Positions 8,965-18,975 of a stretch of 62,352 nt of DNA are shown here, one piece after another. Both the position numbers and the translations under genes were made by a program. The stretch comes from Anaerolineales bacterium (lineage in GTDB: Bacteria > Chloroflexota > Anaerolineae > Anaerolineales > UBA6663), in contig JAVQXV010000002.1 of assembly GCA_033577755.1 (NCBI GenBank), forward strand, positions 1 through 62,352. The letters run 5' to 3'. Every line of letters begins with the position of its first letter. Position 1 is the first letter of the stretch. The notes below the pieces were generated by a model, which saw only the letters and a list, made by a program, of their open reading frames with translations, was not told the DNA's origin and made no database searches.

Positions 8965-11406
8965 TCACTCCCAGCCCGGCGTCGCAGCACCGGCGGCATC
9001 CACCCAGAACGGCGCCCACGCCAGCGCGACCAGCTGCACGTTGATATCGGCCTTGCGGGGCTTGATCGTCAGCGTCTCCAGCGGCTCGGTCTGAGCGTCG
9101 GCGCGGGCAGCCACCTCGGCGCTTTCGGCCTTGAACTGCTCTTCCAACTGAGCGAGCTGCTGCTGAATGGCCGCCACCGTCTCTTTGGCGCGGGCTACAT
9201 CGCTGCCCTCCTGCATGGCGCGGCCTGCGCTCCGGGCCGCGGTCGAGGCGCGTCCCAGCACCGAGCCTTTGCGCCCCATGAACGCGCTCAGCAGCGTCGC
9301 GCCGACGGACACGGCGGTGCTCAGCTGCGCCTGTTTGGCCTGCGCCTCCTGCGCCGCCAGCGCCTGTTGCGCTTTGCGGAGGCGTTCCTGCAGCGTCGCT
9401 ATTTTCGGAGCATATTTGGCGCGCAGCTTCTCCACGGCCTCGTCGCGGGCCTCGCGCGCGGCCTGAGCCACGCGGGCGCGGAAATCGCGCTCGCTCTCAT
9501 CGGGGTTGCTCACCAGCTTCGTGCTCGGGCTGAGCAGCAGCTCCAGCTTCTCCGCGCCGAAGAGGTGGCTCACAAAATCCTTGCTCCAGGCCGTATAGCT
9601 GGATGCCTTCACAGCGGCAGCCGGCAGCTCGGCGAACGTCGCGCCGTCTTCGGGCTGCCGCTCCAAATCACCCACCGCCACCGTCGCGGCTTGCGCTTCA
9701 TCCCAGTTCACCGGCACTGCAGCGTCGGTGATGGGTGCGAGGTAGACGACATCGCGCGTCACGTCCACCCGCGTCTTGCGGTCGGCGAAGTTGACCCTGG
9801 CCGCGCCGAGCAGCAGCGGGCGATACACCAGACGGTCGCCCCTGCGGCCACGCAGCGGGAGGAAGAACTGCGGGATGTCGGGCGGGAGGGAGGGGCGGGC
9901 GCCGGCCGTTGCGGGTTTCAGGTTGAACGGTTGCGCCGCGCCGGCGGGCGATGCGCCGACCACCGACGGTTGACTGCCGATGGCTGACCGCTTCGGGTCC
10001 ATCAGCTGCTTGATCTGCTGTCGCGTGAGCGGGCCGCGCAGATAGCTCATCACCCAGCGCGTGGTGAAGATGACGGGCGCGCTTTCATGCACGTTGTTCA
10101 ACAGGAAGACGCGGTTGCCGAGGCCGGCCAGAATCTCCTCCATGCGCCGCCGGTCGAAACCGGAGCCGGTACTGGCCGCCGCGCCCTCCAGGCCGTCGAG
10201 CACGCGCTGCTTGTCGCGGTCGGTTTGCAGGCGTCCGATGAACCACGAGCCGGTGTTCGCCAGCCCCTTGTAATCCAAATCCACCGGGTTCTGCGTGGCG
10301 AGCACCACGCCCAGGCCGAAGGCGCGCGCCTGTTTGAGCAGCGTGAGCAGCGGCTGTTTGCTCGGCGGGTTGGCGACGGGCGGGAAGTAGCCGAAGATTT
10401 CATCCATGTACAGGATGGCGCGCAGGGAAGTGGTGCCGCTCTGCTGACGCACCCAGCCCAGCACCTGATTGAGCAGCAGCGAGACGAAGAACATACGCTC
10501 GGCGTCGTTCAGGTGGGCGATGGAGAAGATGATGTGGCGCGGCTTGCCCTGCGCGGTGTAGAGCATGGCCTGCAGGTCGAGCGGCTCACCCTCCAGCCAG
10601 GTGCTGAAGCCCGGTGCGGCCAGCAGGTTGTTGAGCGCCATCACCAGCGCAAAGCGCTCCTTGCCCGGATAGAACGCCTCGAGGTCGAGCACGCCCACTT
10701 TGGCGATGGGCGGATTCTGGATCAGGCCGATGAGCGCGGCCAGGTCGAGGTCTTTGCCCTGTCGCCACTGGTGGTCTATGAGCGTGGCAAGCAGGATGTG
10801 CTCGCGGCTCTGCAACGGGTCGGCCTGAATGTTGAGCAGGCCGAGCAGGCTGGTGACGGTGGTGTTGATGCGTTCGCGCAGCAGCTCGCCGTCTTCGAGG
10901 AGGGCGGGGCCGGGCGCGGCGAAGGATTTGAGGATGGAGACGGGCAGGCCGGCGCCGGAGCCGGGCGTGTACACGACGAACTCCGCCGAGTCGCGCAGCT
11001 TCTGGATGCGCGCGCCATCCTGGCCCCAGTCGCTCAGGCCCTTGCGCCACAGGTCGGCCTGCTGCTGCGCGAAGGCCGGCAGGTCAAGACCCTTCCTGGC
11101 GGCGTCCTCGGGGTTGACCCAGGGCAAGAAGTCTTCGCCGCGCAGCTGCGGGAAGGTGAGCAGCAGGTTCGGCAGGTCGCCCTTGGGATCAATGAGGATG
11201 GCGGGCACGCCGTCAATGGCGGCCTCTTCGAGCAGGGCGAGGCATAGGCCGGTCTTGCCGCTGCCCGTCATGCCGACGACGACGGCATGGGTGACCAAAT
11301 CTTTCGAGTCATACAGCAACAACTCGTCTTTGGCCTGCCGCGCCGCCAGGTCATACTCCTTGCCGAGGTAGAACACGCCGAGTTTTTCGTAGTCAGAGGG
11401 GGACAT
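8965..11406 (-). CDS. HerA/FtsK-superfamily (DUF87) ATPase with C-terminal coiled coil
   Basis: HAVVVGMTGSGKT, IDPKGD, ILYMDE, LATQNPVDLDYK. Confidence 0.85.
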   Translation of the reverse strand: MSPSDYEKLGVFYLGKEYDLAARQAKDELLLYDSKDLVTHAVVVGMTGSGKTGLCLALLEEAAIDGVPAILIDPKGDLPNLLLTFPQLRGEDFLPWVNPEDAARKGLDLPAFAQQQADLWRKGLSDWGQDGARIQKLRDSAEFVVYTPGSGAGLPVSILKSFAAPGPALLEDGELLRERINTTVTSLLGLLNIQADPLQSREHILLATLIDHQWRQGKDLDLAALIGLIQNPPIAKVGVLDLEAFYPGKERFALVMALNNLLAAPGFSTWLEGEPLDLQAMLYTAQGKPRHIIFSIAHLNDAERMFFVSLLLNQVLGWVRQQSGTTSLRAILYMDEIFGYFPPVANPPSKQPLLTLLKQARAFGLGVVLATQNPVDLDYKGLANTGSWFIGRLQTDRDKQRVLDGLEGAAASTGSGFDRRRMEEILAGLGNRVFLLNNVHESAPVIFTTRWVMSYLRGPLTRQQIKQLMDPKRSAIGSQPSVVGASPAGAAQPFNLKPATAGARPSLPPDIPQFFLPLRGRRGDRLVYRPLLLGAARVNFADRKTRVDVTRDVVYLAPITDAAVPVNWDEAQAATVAVGDLERQPEDGATFAELPAAAVKASSYTAWSKDFVSHLFGAEKLELLLSPSTKLVSNPDESERDFRARVAQAAREARDEAVEKLRAKYAPKIATLQERLRKAQQALAAQEAQAKQAQLSTAVSVGATLLSAFMGRKGSVLGRASTAARSAGRAMQEGSDVARAKETVAAIQQQLAQLEEQFKAESAEVAARADAQTEPLETLTIKPRKADINVQLVALAWAPFWVDAAGAATPGWE

Positions 11407-11409
11407 GGA

Positions 11410-11483
11410 ATTTGGGGATTTGAGATTGGGGATTTGAGATTGATGATTGATGACTGATGATTGATGACTGAGAATTGAGTATT
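11410..11483. repeat. Heptamer arrays (GATTTGA/GATTGGG then TGATTGA/TGACTGA)
   Basis: 7-nt periodicity directly upstream of the ATPase start. Confidence 0.8.
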
Positions 11484-11499
11484 GCCTAAAACCTTCCCC

Positions 11500-11727
11500 C
11501 TATCCGTCTCTGGCTATGATGCCGCCACCGATTGAGCCGCCGTAAGACTCAACCAGAGCGATGAGCTTGTCCGTGAAAGCCTCGGCATCGGCGCCGGCCG
11601 GCAGGACGATGTGGAATTCAAGCTCCGTTGTTTGGGAGCGCGCGCGCCGGACCGGCGCTGTTGTATAGGCGGCGCGGCTCTCTTTGAGACGGCGCGGCTT
11701 GCGGGCAACGGTTCGGGCAGCGGGCAT
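11500..11727 (-). CDS. Small 75-aa hypothetical protein (weak YggL-like pattern)
   Basis: caggag RBS 7 nt before ATG; TATAAT at 11763-11758. Confidence 0.6.
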   Translation of the reverse strand: MPAARTVARKPRRLKESRAAYTTAPVRRARSQTTELEFHIVLPAGADAEAFTDKLIALVESYGGSIGGGIIARDG

Positions 11728-11780
11728 CGCAAGGCTCCTGTGGGTGGCAACACCGCAATTATAGGCCAGGCGCGGGGCGC

Positions 11781-12971
11781 TCAGGCAACGACCTGCCCGA
11801 TCAACACATACGGTTCGCCGCGGACGTGTGTCAGGAACACGACGCGGCTCTCCTCGCCTGAGAGCCGGAGCCTGCGGGTCAGCTCCTCCGGCGTCAACGG
11901 CGAGCCGCGCTTCTTCACCGTCACCTGCCCGACGCCGCGCTCGCGCAGGTAGGCGCGCAGGCGCTTGAGCTGAAACGGGAAGGCAGCCTCCAGCGCGAAG
12001 GCGCGCGCGAACGGCGTGGGCGTGAGCGTATCGGATGTGAGGTAGGCAATGTCCGGGTCGAGCCGGTGGGCGTTGAGCTGCGCGGCCAGCGTGGTCACCA
12101 GCCCGGCGCGCAGGACGGCCGGGTCGGGTTCGTAGAGGAAGGCCAGAGGCGGGCTGAGAGAGGAGGGTGGTTCGAGATTGGAGGTTAGAGAGTGGGGGCC
12201 GGGCAGGAGCGTGGCGCGGCGCGCGGCCTGCGTACGCAACGGGCCGAACCACAACACGCACTCCTTCAGCTCGCCGTGGACGGAGATGAACTCAAGCTCG
12301 AAGTCGGGGAGGCCGTGAACGGCGGACTGCCGGCTGCGGTCCAGCTCGGCTAAATCCACCCCGGGCGAAATCTTCACTCCGAGCGCAGGCATGCGCGCCA
12401 GCCATTCACGGATGATGGACAGCGGCGGCGTGTAGTCGCGCACGGAAAAGGCGCGGCGGCTGCCGGCGCGGCGCGACGGGTCGAACCAGAGGGCGTCGGC
12501 GGCGGGCAACGGCTTAACGGTCACATCCGCCGGCACCGCTTCCGCCGCCCGGCCATACGCGGCCAGGTTGGCCTGCGCCAGCGCCAGCCGCAGCGGGTCC
12601 TTGTCAATCACCGTCACCGGCGCCACGCCCGCCAGCCCGATGGCATCGCCGCCCAGCCCACAGCAAACGTCGGCCACGCGCCCGAGGCCGGCGTAACGTT
12701 GCGCGCGATAGGTTGCAACGACCTCGCTCGAGGCCTGCTCCAGCGCCTCGCGCGTGAAGTACATCACTTCGGCGCGTGAGAACTTGGCCCGTGCTCTGGC
12801 GCGCAGGAGGACGGTCTCCAGCGCGGCTTTGGCGAGCGCGGCATTGTAATGCTTGCGCAGTTGCGTCAGGTTGCGGAGGAAGGTTTCTTCGGTGGGTTGC
12901 AGCGCGGCGGCGGCGGCAATAGCCGCCTGACCGGTGGAAGTGAGGAGGTTGTCAAAGGTTTCCCGATCCAA
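11781..12971 (-). CDS. Class I SAM methyltransferase with THUMP-like C-terminal domain
   Basis: EALEQAS, VADVCCGLGGD, FDPSRR, LYEPDPAVLRAG, VKKRG. Confidence 0.85.
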   Translation of the reverse strand: MDRETFDNLLTSTGQAAIAAAAALQPTEETFLRNLTQLRKHYNAALAKAALETVLLRARARAKFSRAEVMYFTREALEQASSEVVATYRAQRYAGLGRVADVCCGLGGDAIGLAGVAPVTVIDKDPLRLALAQANLAAYGRAAEAVPADVTVKPLPAADALWFDPSRRAGSRRAFSVRDYTPPLSIIREWLARMPALGVKISPGVDLAELDRSRQSAVHGLPDFELEFISVHGELKECVLWFGPLRTQAARRATLLPGPHSLTSNLEPPSSLSPPLAFLYEPDPAVLRAGLVTTLAAQLNAHRLDPDIAYLTSDTLTPTPFARAFALEAAFPFQLKRLRAYLRERGVGQVTVKKRGSPLTPEELTRRLRLSGEESRVVFLTHVRGEPYVLIGQVVA

Positions 12972-12984
12972 GCCGCAGGTCGCC

Positions 12985-13033
12985 TCACTCGGTCATGACT
13001 TTCAGGAAGCGATGCATCGCTGACGACGATCAC
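12985..13033 (-). pseudogene. Remnant of a DUF3368 (PIN-like) toxin gene after internal deletion
   Basis: GTG overlapping the UPF0175 stop reads MIVVSDAS, a typical DUF3368 N-terminus; another frame ends HRFLKVMTE*. Confidence 0.55.
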
Positions 13034-13275
13034 AAACGCCCTAATGCCTTCAGGGTCTGCACGTCCATCTCGAGGTCAGCCACATCGTAATGGACAGGGA
13101 TCCGCCGGCTGGCCAATACAAGCTGGAACTGAAGTTGCGGCATTCCTGCCAGGCGGCTGGCTTGACCAAGGGTGAGCTTGTTCTTTTCAAAGAGTAACAC
13201 CGCCAATTCCAGCTTCAATTCGGCGGCTATCATGTTGGTTGTGTGCAGGACCTCATCCGGAATTACGACAGACGT
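13030..13275 (-). pseudogene. UPF0175 family (putative antitoxin) gene, start apparently ATG>ACG
   Basis: SVVIPDE..ELAVLLF...KLTLGQASRLAGM..FQ..LASRRIPVHY; gaggag RBS followed 5 nt later by ACG. Confidence 0.7.
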
Positions 13276-13331
13276 ACACACTCCTCTCAATCGGTGTGAG
13301 GCATTCTAAACGAAAGTAAAACTCGGGGCAA

Positions 13332-14081
13332 TCATTCCTCGCCCGTGATGGCCGCTTGCGGGTCCACGGCCAGCGGCGGGCCGAGCGTAGCCGCGCGCCA
13401 GTCGTCGAAGTTCGGGTTAACGATGAGCGGCAGCGGCCAGGTCTGCGCCGCCTCTGCGCGGAACTTGCCAATCTTGTTGATGCCGCTGAGGAACCCCGCC
13501 AGCACGGCGGGCTGCATGAAGGCCACGGCCTTCACCAGCGAGGTGAACGCCAGCAGCGCCGGCCGGCCGTTGGCAGGGTCGAGCACGGTCGCGGCGCACC
13601 ACTCCAGCTTCTCATCGGGCGCGAGCTTCCAGGCCGGCTTGTTGGGCGTCTGGGTGATGAGGAGGAAGATGAAGGGAAACTCCCTCACCCCCAGCCCTTC
13701 TCCCAAAGGGAGAGGGGAGCCGGCCGTAAATTGAATGCGCTCGACGGAGGAGCCGTGAGGCGGACGCTCGCCGCGAAAGAGGGTCAGCCCGGCGTGCTCT
13801 TCGACGAGGCAGTGGATGTAGCCGGCGCCGGTGAGAGCGGCGAGGGCAGCTTCCGGCGCGGCGTCGCCGGCGAGGATCAACCGTCCGCCGGGGCGCAGGC
13901 GCGGCAGCCACTGCTCCAGCGCATGCGGCGCAGCGTAACCGACGATGGCGTCGAACTGCTCGCCATCGGGCGCGGCGCGCGCCGGCGTTATCTCCGGCGG
14001 CAGCTCGGCGGCGGCGCGCTCATCCAGCGCCAGCACACGCGGCAGGCCGGCGCTGGGCGGCAGATGCTTGGCGAATAGCAT
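13332..14081 (-). CDS. Hypothetical protein (methyltransferase-like N-terminal motifs)
   Basis: FDAIV..LRPGGRLIL; sits in a co-oriented run of genes. Confidence 0.65.
   Translation of the reverse strand: MLFAKHLPPSAGLPRVLALDERAAAELPPEITPARAAPDGEQFDAIVGYAAPHALEQWLPRLRPGGRLILAGDAAPEAALAALTGAGYIHCLVEEHAGLTLFRGERPPHGSSVERIQFTAGSPLPLGEGLGVREFPFIFLLITQTPNKPAWKLAPDEKLEWCAATVLDPANGRPALLAFTSLVKAVAFMQPAVLAGFLSGINKIGKFRAEAAQTWPLPLIVNPNFDDWRAATLGPPLAVDPQAAITGEE
13682..13718. repeat. PLPLGEGLGVR-type palindromic element inserted in frame
   Basis: ccctcacccccagcccttctcccaaagggagagggg; 10-bp stem at 13695-13717. Confidence 0.8.
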
Positions 14082-14084
14082 CGG

Positions 14085-14279
14085 TCATGATTTCCTGACG
14101 GAACGGATGAGTTGGACGAACTCTTCCCACTCTTCCTTGAACAGGTGCAGCGTCACATTGCCCAGTTCGATGTTGTAGGTCGTCTCACCGTCGCTGTCCT
14201 CCGCCGTCCAGATCATGTAGTTATCGGTCTCGGCCAGGGTGACGGTTTTGATGGGGTCGTTCTGATTTTGGGCGGGCAT
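14085..14279 (-). CDS. Small acidic hypothetical protein (64 aa)
   Basis: gggag RBS, protein-like composition, directly adjacent to the downstream gene. Confidence 0.7.
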   Translation of the reverse strand: MPAQNQNDPIKTVTLAETDNYMIWTAEDSDGETTYNIELGNVTLHLFKEEWEEFVQLIRSVRKS

Positions 14280-14343
14280 GGTCTCCCTCTCTTCTCACGG
14301 GAAATACGATGGGAAAGAAGGGAAACGAAGGAAATGGGCGAGT

Positions 14344-14595
14344 TTAGCTTTCGGCCTCCAGCGCAAGCAGCACCTTCTCCAGCGCGGCCAGACTGCGCCC
14401 GGCGTGCGCGCTTGCATCCAGACCGGGCAGTCTGTAGCGGCGCCGATAATCGTTCAGCTCGAAGTCCGGCCGACGCATCAAGTCCTGCACCGCTTTGAGG
14501 ATGGCCGCACGGCGGGCAGCGTCCCAGGTGCGGGCCTGCTTTACCCAAAAGACGGCATAGGAGAACTCGATGCGTGGTTCGTCCGCACCGGTCAT
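14344..14595 (-). CDS. Hypothetical protein (83 aa)
   Basis: ATGA overlap with the AI-2E stop. Confidence 0.6.
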   Translation of the reverse strand: MTGADEPRIEFSYAVFWVKQARTWDAARRAAILKAVQDLMRRPDFELNDYRRRYRLPGLDASAHAGRSLAALEKVLLALEAES

Positions 14596-15839
14596 TGCGG
14601 CTGGCCTTGGGATGGCTCTGTCTGACGCAGCTCCGGCTGCAGATGGCGCAGCTGAGGGCGGCGACCAAAGCCGATGGAACGCAGGCGGGCAAGCGGTGAG
14701 ATGCGGGCAGGCCTCATGGCTAAGGGCGCGCCATCCCACGGATCGAGGTCGAACAGTTTTCGGAAAACGTAACGACCGAAGACCACCAGTGTAGCGATAA
14801 GCGGCGCCGCCAGCATCAGGCCGACCACGCCCATCAGTTGCGCCAGCATCAGCGCGCCGACGATGATGACCACCGGATGCAGATTGAATGTGACGCCCAT
14901 GATGCGCGGCCAGAAAACATAGCCCTGAATCTGTTGCAGGATAAGATAGGTCGCACCGACCAATACGGCGTACCAGATGGGGTCAAGGCCGAGCCAGTTG
15001 CTGCCCTGGAAGAGCGCCACCAGTGTGCCGATGATGAGGGAGAGCGTTGCGCCGATGTAGGGGATGAAGTCGAGCACGAACGCCACGATGCCGAGCACCG
15101 GCGCATAACTCACCCCCAGCACCGAGAGCGTCACGCCGACCATAATCCCCAGCGTGCCGGAGAGCGTTACCTGGCCGCGCAGGTAATTGTTCCAGATCGG
15201 GCCGAGGCTGGCGGCCAGCCGGCGCACATCTTCTCGCCACGGCTCCGGCACGCGCCGGTCCAATCCGGTCAGCACATTGCGCAGATCAAGCAACAGGTAG
15301 TAAGACAGAATCAGCACGAAGAAGAACCAGCCTAAGCCGGTAGCGGTGCCCGCCGCAAAGCCGCTCACCCAGACGCCCAGCTGACTGAGCGCCGGCTGGA
15401 TGGCAGAGGTCAGCGGCTGCAGGAGCTGGCGCACATCTACCGTCGCCGGGTCAATAATGAACGGGCCGATGGCGATGGGCCGGCTGGTCAATTCCTGAAG
15501 GAAACGGGGCAGGTCGCCGGAGATGTTGACGACGGCGGTGTACAGCCCGACCACCTGGCGCTGAATGGCAACGCCGGCCACGACACCGATGACGATGATC
15601 AGCGTGAAAACCATCAGGTACACCAGGGTGACGGCAACCGCCCAGGGTAGGCGCGTGACGCGCTCGACCCAGCCGGCCACCGGGCTGAGCAGGTAGGCGA
15701 TGATGCACACGGCGATCATCGGCCCCCACAGACTCTGGAATTGCAGCAGCAGCCAGCCCAGCAGCGCCAGACACACAAGTGCCACCAGGAACTTAGTAGG
15801 CGTGTTCCAGCGAGGCGAAGTGGAAGGAGAATCGGACAT
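14592..15839 (-). CDS. AI-2E family transporter
   Basis: IAYLLSP, YLRGQ, FIPYIG, PRIMG..FNLHP; multiple TM helices. Confidence 0.9.
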   Translation of the reverse strand: MSDSPSTSPRWNTPTKFLVALVCLALLGWLLLQFQSLWGPMIAVCIIAYLLSPVAGWVERVTRLPWAVAVTLVYLMVFTLIIVIGVVAGVAIQRQVVGLYTAVVNISGDLPRFLQELTSRPIAIGPFIIDPATVDVRQLLQPLTSAIQPALSQLGVWVSGFAAGTATGLGWFFFVLILSYYLLLDLRNVLTGLDRRVPEPWREDVRRLAASLGPIWNNYLRGQVTLSGTLGIMVGVTLSVLGVSYAPVLGIVAFVLDFIPYIGATLSLIIGTLVALFQGSNWLGLDPIWYAVLVGATYLILQQIQGYVFWPRIMGVTFNLHPVVIIVGALMLAQLMGVVGLMLAAPLIATLVVFGRYVFRKLFDLDPWDGAPLAMRPARISPLARLRSIGFGRRPQLRHLQPELRQTEPSQGQPQ

Positions 15840-15910
15840 GCTGCTCCAATTTTAGCGAGTTAAGCAAACACGGGCGACCCCGATCGCCCGTGCAAACATT
15901 CACCTCGTGC

Positions 15911-18244
15911 TCAGCGGCGCCGGCCACTGCGCCCACCGCTGCGGCTCTCGCTGCGCCCGCCGCTGCGGCTCTCGCCACGCTCGCTGCTGCGCCCGCCTCC
16001 GCTGCGCCGTTCGCTGCTGCGGCCTCCGCTCCCACCGCCGCGCAAGCCACGATCGGCGGCCTGCGCCTCCTCCAGCGTCCAGCCCTCCAGCACGGCCTGG
16101 CGGCTCAGGCGGATTTTGCCGTTCTCGTCAATGCCGGTCACCATCACGGTGATTTCGTCGTCGAGCCGGCAGACATCTTCCACCTTGTTCACGCGCCCGG
16201 TGTCGAGCTGTGAGATATGCACCATGCCATCGGTGCCCGGTGTGAGCTGCACAAACGCGCCAAACGGCTCGATGCGCACCACCTTGCCGGTGTAAATGGC
16301 GCCGAGTTTGATCGTCTCGCCCACTCCTTCGATAGCCGCACGCGCTCGCTGCACGCCGGCGCTGTCGGTGCCGGAGATGTACACCGTGCCGTCGTCCTCG
16401 ATGTCAATTTGGGTATTCGTCTCGTCTTGCAGCTTACGGATGTTCTTTCCGCCGGGGCCGATGAGGGTGCCGATCTTCTCCGGGTTGATGTGCAAGGTGA
16501 GAATGCGCGGCGCATACGGCGAGAGGTCAGGGCGCGGCGCCGGGATGACGCCGGCAATCAGCTCCAAAATTTCGCCGCGCGCCGCCCGCGCCTGCTCCAG
16601 CGCCTCCGAGAGGATTTGCGTCGTCAGCCCCTTGACCTTGATGTCCATCTGCAATGCGGTGATGCCGAGCGCCGTGCCGGCCACCTTGAAGTCCATATCG
16701 CCAAGGTGATCCTCGATGCCCTGAATGTCGGTCAGGATGGCATACTTGCCGCTGTTGCCGTAAATGTCGGTGACCAGTCCCATGGCGATGCCGGCCACCG
16801 GCGCCTTGATGGGCACGCCGGCGTCCATCAGCGCCATCGTGCTGCCACAGACGGAGGCCATCGAAGTGGAGCCGTTGGAAGAGAGCACTTCGCTTACCAC
16901 GCGGATGGTGTAGGGGAACTCTTCTTCACTCGGCAGAACGGGCACCAGCGCGCGCTCGGCCAGCGCGCCGTGGCCCACCTCGCGCCGGCTCTGGCCGCGC
17001 AACGGGCGCACCTCGCCGGTGCTGAAGGGTGGGAAGTTGTAATGGTGTAGATAACGCTTTTCGTCTTCGGGGGAGAGCGTATCCAGTTCCTGCTTATCGC
17101 CCGGCGTGCCGAGCGTCGCCAGACTGAGCACCTGCGTCTCGCCGCGCGTAAACAGGCCGGAGCCGTGCGCGCGCGGACTGAGGCCGACCTCTGCCGACAT
17201 CGGGCGGATTTGCGTGTAGGCACGACCATCCGGGCGGATGCCCCGGTTGAGGATGGCGTCGCGCACCGCCTCCTGTTCTAAGTCGTGCAGGATGGCGAAG
17301 AGCGTGGCCGGCTTGACGGTCGTCGCTTCGACCGGCGTGATCTGACCTTCGCTGCCGGGCTGAGCCGGCGCGGGACTCTCCGCGAAGGCATTCATCACAT
17401 CGTTCTGGATGGCGTCGCGCAGGGCGGCGCGCGTCATCTTGTCCATCGGCTCGGCCAGCGCCCTGAAGCGGTCGCCGACGATCTGGCGCACACGCTCAAC
17501 GACTTCCGGCGGATGCGTGAACTTGGGATAGTCCGTCTTCTTGGGCTTGCCGGCCAGCCGTTGCAATTGCTCCTGCAGGTCAATCAACGGCTGAATGGCC
17601 TTGTGCCCGAACTCGAGCGCGCGCACCATCGTCTCCTCGGGCACCTCGTTCGCGCCGCACTCCACCATGACGATGGCGCTGCGCGTGCCGGCCAGGCGCA
17701 AGTCGAGGTCGCTATGCTCCATCTGCTCGAAGGAGGGGTTGACGACGAACTCGCCGTCAATCAACCCGATGCGCACCGCGCCCACCGGCCCGTCGTACGG
17801 GGCGACGCCGAAGGGGATGTCGCTAACGGTGAGCGCCGCCGAGGCCGCCACGATGGCGAGCACGTCCGGCTGGTGCACCTGGTCCACCGAGAGCGGCGTG
17901 ACGATGATTTGCACGTCGTTGCGGAAGTCGGCGGGGAAGAGCGGGCGCAGTGGGCGGTCAATCAGGCGCGCCGTGAGGATGGCGCCTTCGCTGGGCCGGC
18001 CTTCGCGGCGGTAGAATGAGCCGGGGATGCGGCCGGCGGCGTAAAGCCTCTCCTCGTACTCGACGCTGAGCGGGAAGAAGTCAATGCCCTCACGCGGCTG
18101 GGCAGACATCGTGGCCGCGGCCAGCAGCATGGTATCGCCGGTGCGTAGCGTGACGGCGCCACCGGCCAGGCCGGCCAGTTTGCCGGTTTCGATGGTCAGC
18201 GTGTGTCCGGCAAATTCAATACTGACTTGGGTGACGTTTGACAT
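15911..18244 (-). CDS. pnp: Polyribonucleotide nucleotidyltransferase
   Basis: [49 protein letters not shown] and S1 domains. Confidence 0.98.
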   Translation of the reverse strand: MSNVTQVSIEFAGHTLTIETGKLAGLAGGAVTLRTGDTMLLAAATMSAQPREGIDFFPLSVEYEERLYAAGRIPGSFYRREGRPSEGAILTARLIDRPLRPLFPADFRNDVQIIVTPLSVDQVHQPDVLAIVAASAALTVSDIPFGVAPYDGPVGAVRIGLIDGEFVVNPSFEQMEHSDLDLRLAGTRSAIVMVECGANEVPEETMVRALEFGHKAIQPLIDLQEQLQRLAGKPKKTDYPKFTHPPEVVERVRQIVGDRFRALAEPMDKMTRAALRDAIQNDVMNAFAESPAPAQPGSEGQITPVEATTVKPATLFAILHDLEQEAVRDAILNRGIRPDGRAYTQIRPMSAEVGLSPRAHGSGLFTRGETQVLSLATLGTPGDKQELDTLSPEDEKRYLHHYNFPPFSTGEVRPLRGQSRREVGHGALAERALVPVLPSEEEFPYTIRVVSEVLSSNGSTSMASVCGSTMALMDAGVPIKAPVAGIAMGLVTDIYGNSGKYAILTDIQGIEDHLGDMDFKVAGTALGITALQMDIKVKGLTTQILSEALEQARAARGEILELIAGVIPAPRPDLSPYAPRILTLHINPEKIGTLIGPGGKNIRKLQDETNTQIDIEDDGTVYISGTDSAGVQRARAAIEGVGETIKLGAIYTGKVVRIEPFGAFVQLTPGTDGMVHISQLDTGRVNKVEDVCRLDDEITVMVTGIDENGKIRLSRQAVLEGWTLEEAQAADRGLRGGGSGGRSSERRSGGGRSSERGESRSGGRSESRSGGRSGRRR

Positions 18245-18553
18245 GGAGATACTCCTTGATACCGGGCGCGCTCCGGGCGGAGCGGTCCCATCAGGCCCGG
18301 CGCAAGGGTCAGGAACTGGAGATTGGAGTCAACGGATAAACGGAAACGCCATGCCATCCCGGCTCTCCCGTTGCGCCGTTGATGCCAGTATCCAATGCCT
18401 GACACGGCTGCGCCGAACCGGTTTGATGAAAGGGTGTGTGACAAGTTGCAAGCGCCGGCCTGAAGCCGGGGCCGTTCCCCTGTCACCGGAAATCCTGCGG
18501 CAATTATAAAAGACGAGCAGACGGTGTGACTTCTGCTCGTCTTAGCTGTTGCT

Positions 18554-18829
18554 TCACTTGATGCGGCGCAGGCCCAGCTTGCTGACCAGCGCCTCATAGG
18601 CCGACGGGTTCCGTTTGCTCAGATACATCAGGTGGCGGCGACGCGCGCCGACCATTTTGAGCAATCCGCGGCGCGAGGCTTCGTCGCCTCGGTGCACCTT
18701 GAGATGCTCCGTGAGGGCGGCGATGCGGTTCGTCAGCAGAGCCACCTGCACCTCCGGCGAGCCGGTGTCGGTACTGTGACGATGAAAGTTGGCGATGATT
18801 TGTTGTTTCTTTTCCTTGTCTAGCGACAT
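18554..18829 (-). CDS. rpsO: 30S ribosomal protein S15
   Basis: [23 protein letters not shown]; upstream of pnp; start moved to MSLDKEKK. Confidence 0.98.
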   Translation of the reverse strand: MSLDKEKKQQIIANFHRHSTDTGSPEVQVALLTNRIAALTEHLKVHRGDEASRRGLLKMVGARRRHLMYLSKRNPSAYEALVSKLGLRRIK

Positions 18830-18928
18830 GACATCTGCACTCCTCGGCAGGTCGCCCGGCGCAAAGTAAAGGTCGGCCTTAAGCCGACCCAACCTCGCGC
18901 AGGCCAAGTCAAGAACTCCGACGCTGAG

Positions 18929-18957
18929 ATTATAACAAGGGGGCAGAGAGTCGTCTA
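18929..18957 (-). promoter_or_regulatory. Sigma70-type promoter of rpsO-pnp
   Basis: TAGACG-17 nt-TATAAT with extended TG. Confidence 0.7.
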
Positions 18958-18975
18958 GCCGCGCAGCAGTGTGGC

